The translations under genes were made by a program, and so were the position numbers. A model generated the notes under the pieces. That model was not told the DNA's origin. It did not search any database and saw nothing but the letters and a program-made list of their open reading frames with translations. Shown one piece after another: positions 62,096 to 64,000 of a stretch of 64,000 nucleotides of DNA (position 1 is the first letter of the stretch; every line of letters begins with the position of its first letter). Source of the stretch: Mobula hypostoma (Eukaryota); NCBI RefSeq assembly GCF_963921235.1, contig NC_086097.1, positions 121,708,001 through 121,772,000 on the forward strand, in the 5' to 3' direction.

Positions 62096-64000
62096 ATGAC
62101 AGGGAAAGGAACAGCAGTAGAAATATTGAGCAGAATATTCCTGGTGTGTCAAGGTAAGATCGCGGAAATTTCAGAAAAATGGGAAAAAAGAACCAAAAAT
62201 CTGGTCACAAAGTGGCCGGAAGAAGGAACATTTGATGTAAGTTTATGTGAGGAAATGGAGGCGCTGATTAAAAATTATAAATCAAGAGATAAATCTAAAA
62301 AAAGGGAGAAAAAAGAATATAGGAGATAGAAGTGTTAAAAGTCTTTAGGATGGAGGGAGAAAGATTGAGAAAGAAAGGACAAATATCAGTAGCAAGGAAA
62401 GAAGACACTGAGAAACAAGAAAAGCAGTTTGGTAAATCACAGGAGAAACCGAATAAAGAGCCGACTCTATACCCAGACCTGAGAAATGTAGAAACCCCTC
62501 TCCCTTATTACGAGAAGGAGACTCTTAAACAGTGCCCTGTATTATCAGGAGAATTAGAACTGGAGGGAAAGTTTAAAGTCTGGGGGACCGAGGAGGAAAG
62601 AAGGAAATATGAGGAGAGAGAGGGGCACTGTGGAAGGAGATGCAGGAAGATAAGAAAAAAGTAGAACGAGAAAGTAAGATAATAAGAGAACATATTAAAG
62701 AGTTGCAGGAATTGAGGCTGAGGAAAAGTCAGGAGGAATTCCTGTTACAGGAACATGACACTGAACAGGCTGAAAAAGAAGATGATTTATCAGAAGAGCA
62801 AGAGTCAAGTAATGAGTATGAGGGTATAAGAGAGTGTAGACAGGGGATAGAAGAGGAGTTCCTTGAAGGGGAAAAAGAGAGTGGAAAGGGAGATAAGAGA
62901 AGCGGAGAAAGAGTGTAGGAGATTACAGCGGGAATTGGGTTTCTCACTGGGTTTCCAACAACCGTTTGAGGAATTCGTGAGGACCTGAGCAAATGCTAGC
63001 CTGAATCAGAAAGAGAGGACTCTAAGGAGAAGTCAAGAGAAAATAGGGAAACAAGGGAGGGAGCAAACCCCAGAGAGATTTGTGTGGCAGCCAGTAAGAA
63101 CGAGGTCAGAAGGGGACGAAGAGTCGGATGAGGAGGAAAATCAGAATATGGGGAGAGAAGGAAAAAAAGTGATGCCATTGTTAGTGAAAGGGTCAGGACA
63201 AGTACGATATGTTCCTTGGGGCTCCCAGGACCTGGAAGGGCTGAAAAACACCCTGCCTAGCTTACATGAAGGAGCAGGGAAGTGGATTAGAGCTTTTGAA
63301 GAAGAAACTACGGGATGGTTATTGGCTATGGGAGATTTGAAGGTCCTGCTGATAAGGTTGATGGGAACCTCCAAATCAAAAGAGTTGATGGAAACGGCTG
63401 GAGTACTAAATGCATTCAGCCCAATGACTGACAGGACCAGCTTTGACCAAGTATGGCAGGCCCTCAGGAAGCTTTAACCACCCAAAGTGGACCCCAAAAC
63501 TTTGAAAGGGGATCCGCTGGGGGACACTGAGAATCCAGCAGCCTATGTAGAAAATCAGTTGAAAAGGTGGAGTCTGGAGACTGAGCAAGAAGTGGAGACA
63601 ACTTGTTTATGACTATACTGTTCCGAACCGCAGTTTTGGACACAATGCCTCCGCAAGTTAAATTTAAACTGGAGGAAGTGGTCGGACTGATGTCAATGAA
63701 CTCACAAGTACTTAGAGACCACGTACTCCATGCGGTTGAGAAATATCGGAAAGACAAACGGAAGCTGATTGAGCAGCAGGAAGAGGTGCAAAGAAACCTA
63801 ATGCAAATGCAGCTTGAAGAACTCAAAAAGAAGGAAAAGGAGAAGGGAAAAAAGATGCTGCCAGTAGCACCTGATTTGAGTGCAACCGTTGAAATGAATG
63901 AAACACCACTGTATGGAGGAACCGGTCGCGCTGTCAGACAGGGGCCAGAAAACCCCATGCCAATAATAAAGGTCTTTGGAGGAGCATTCCCACGAATGCC
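62096..64000 (+). pseudogene. gag: Retroviral gag with frameshifts
   Basis: Matrix-like KWPEEGTFD, late domain LYPDL, acidic/basic linker, capsid-like MPLLVKG..VRYVPWGSQDLEGL...LP and a C-terminal coiled coil. Confidence 0.75.

Larger units (their letters stand above)
60985..64000 (+). mobile_element. Endogenous retrovirus: 5' LTR (about 60985-61420), PBS, leader and disrupted gag; continues beyond the window
   Basis: PBS at 61424, ATTAAA poly(A)-like signal in the LTR, leader splice donor AG|GTAAG at 61546, and gag motifs. Confidence 0.85.

Overview
This is vertebrate intergenic or intronic DNA, not prokaryotic. The repeat content (HER1-like CR1 LINEs, HE1-like V-SINEs) suggests a cartilaginous fish such as a ray or skate; that is an inference. 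Most of the window is a nested set of decayed transposable elements. Non-LTR types: CR1, Penelope-like (RT + GIY-YIG), L1, Rex1/Babar, RTE-BovB, HERO (R2-like) and V-SINEs. LTR types: a Gypsy element, two solo LTRs and three retrovirus-like elements. DNA transposon derivatives: Tc1, Tigger/pogo and hAT. I could not recognise any host gene exon, RNA gene or CRISPR array. The most notable structures are: (1) minimal hammerhead ribozyme motifs in Penelope termini; (2) two independent Penelope insertions with the same inverted-end architecture and 14-15 bp TSDs; (3) a complete 2-kb retrovirus-like element with only a gag remnant; (4) a class III (ERV-L/S-like) gag remnant; (5) an endogenous retrovirus running off the right edge; (6) tRNA-Ser primer sites on all four LTR elements that retain a PBS; (7) a Tc1 family whose right end is a 57-bp mini-MITE; (8) a BovB copy. 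Family assignments come from motif recognition by eye, not database searches, and boundaries of old fragments are approximate.
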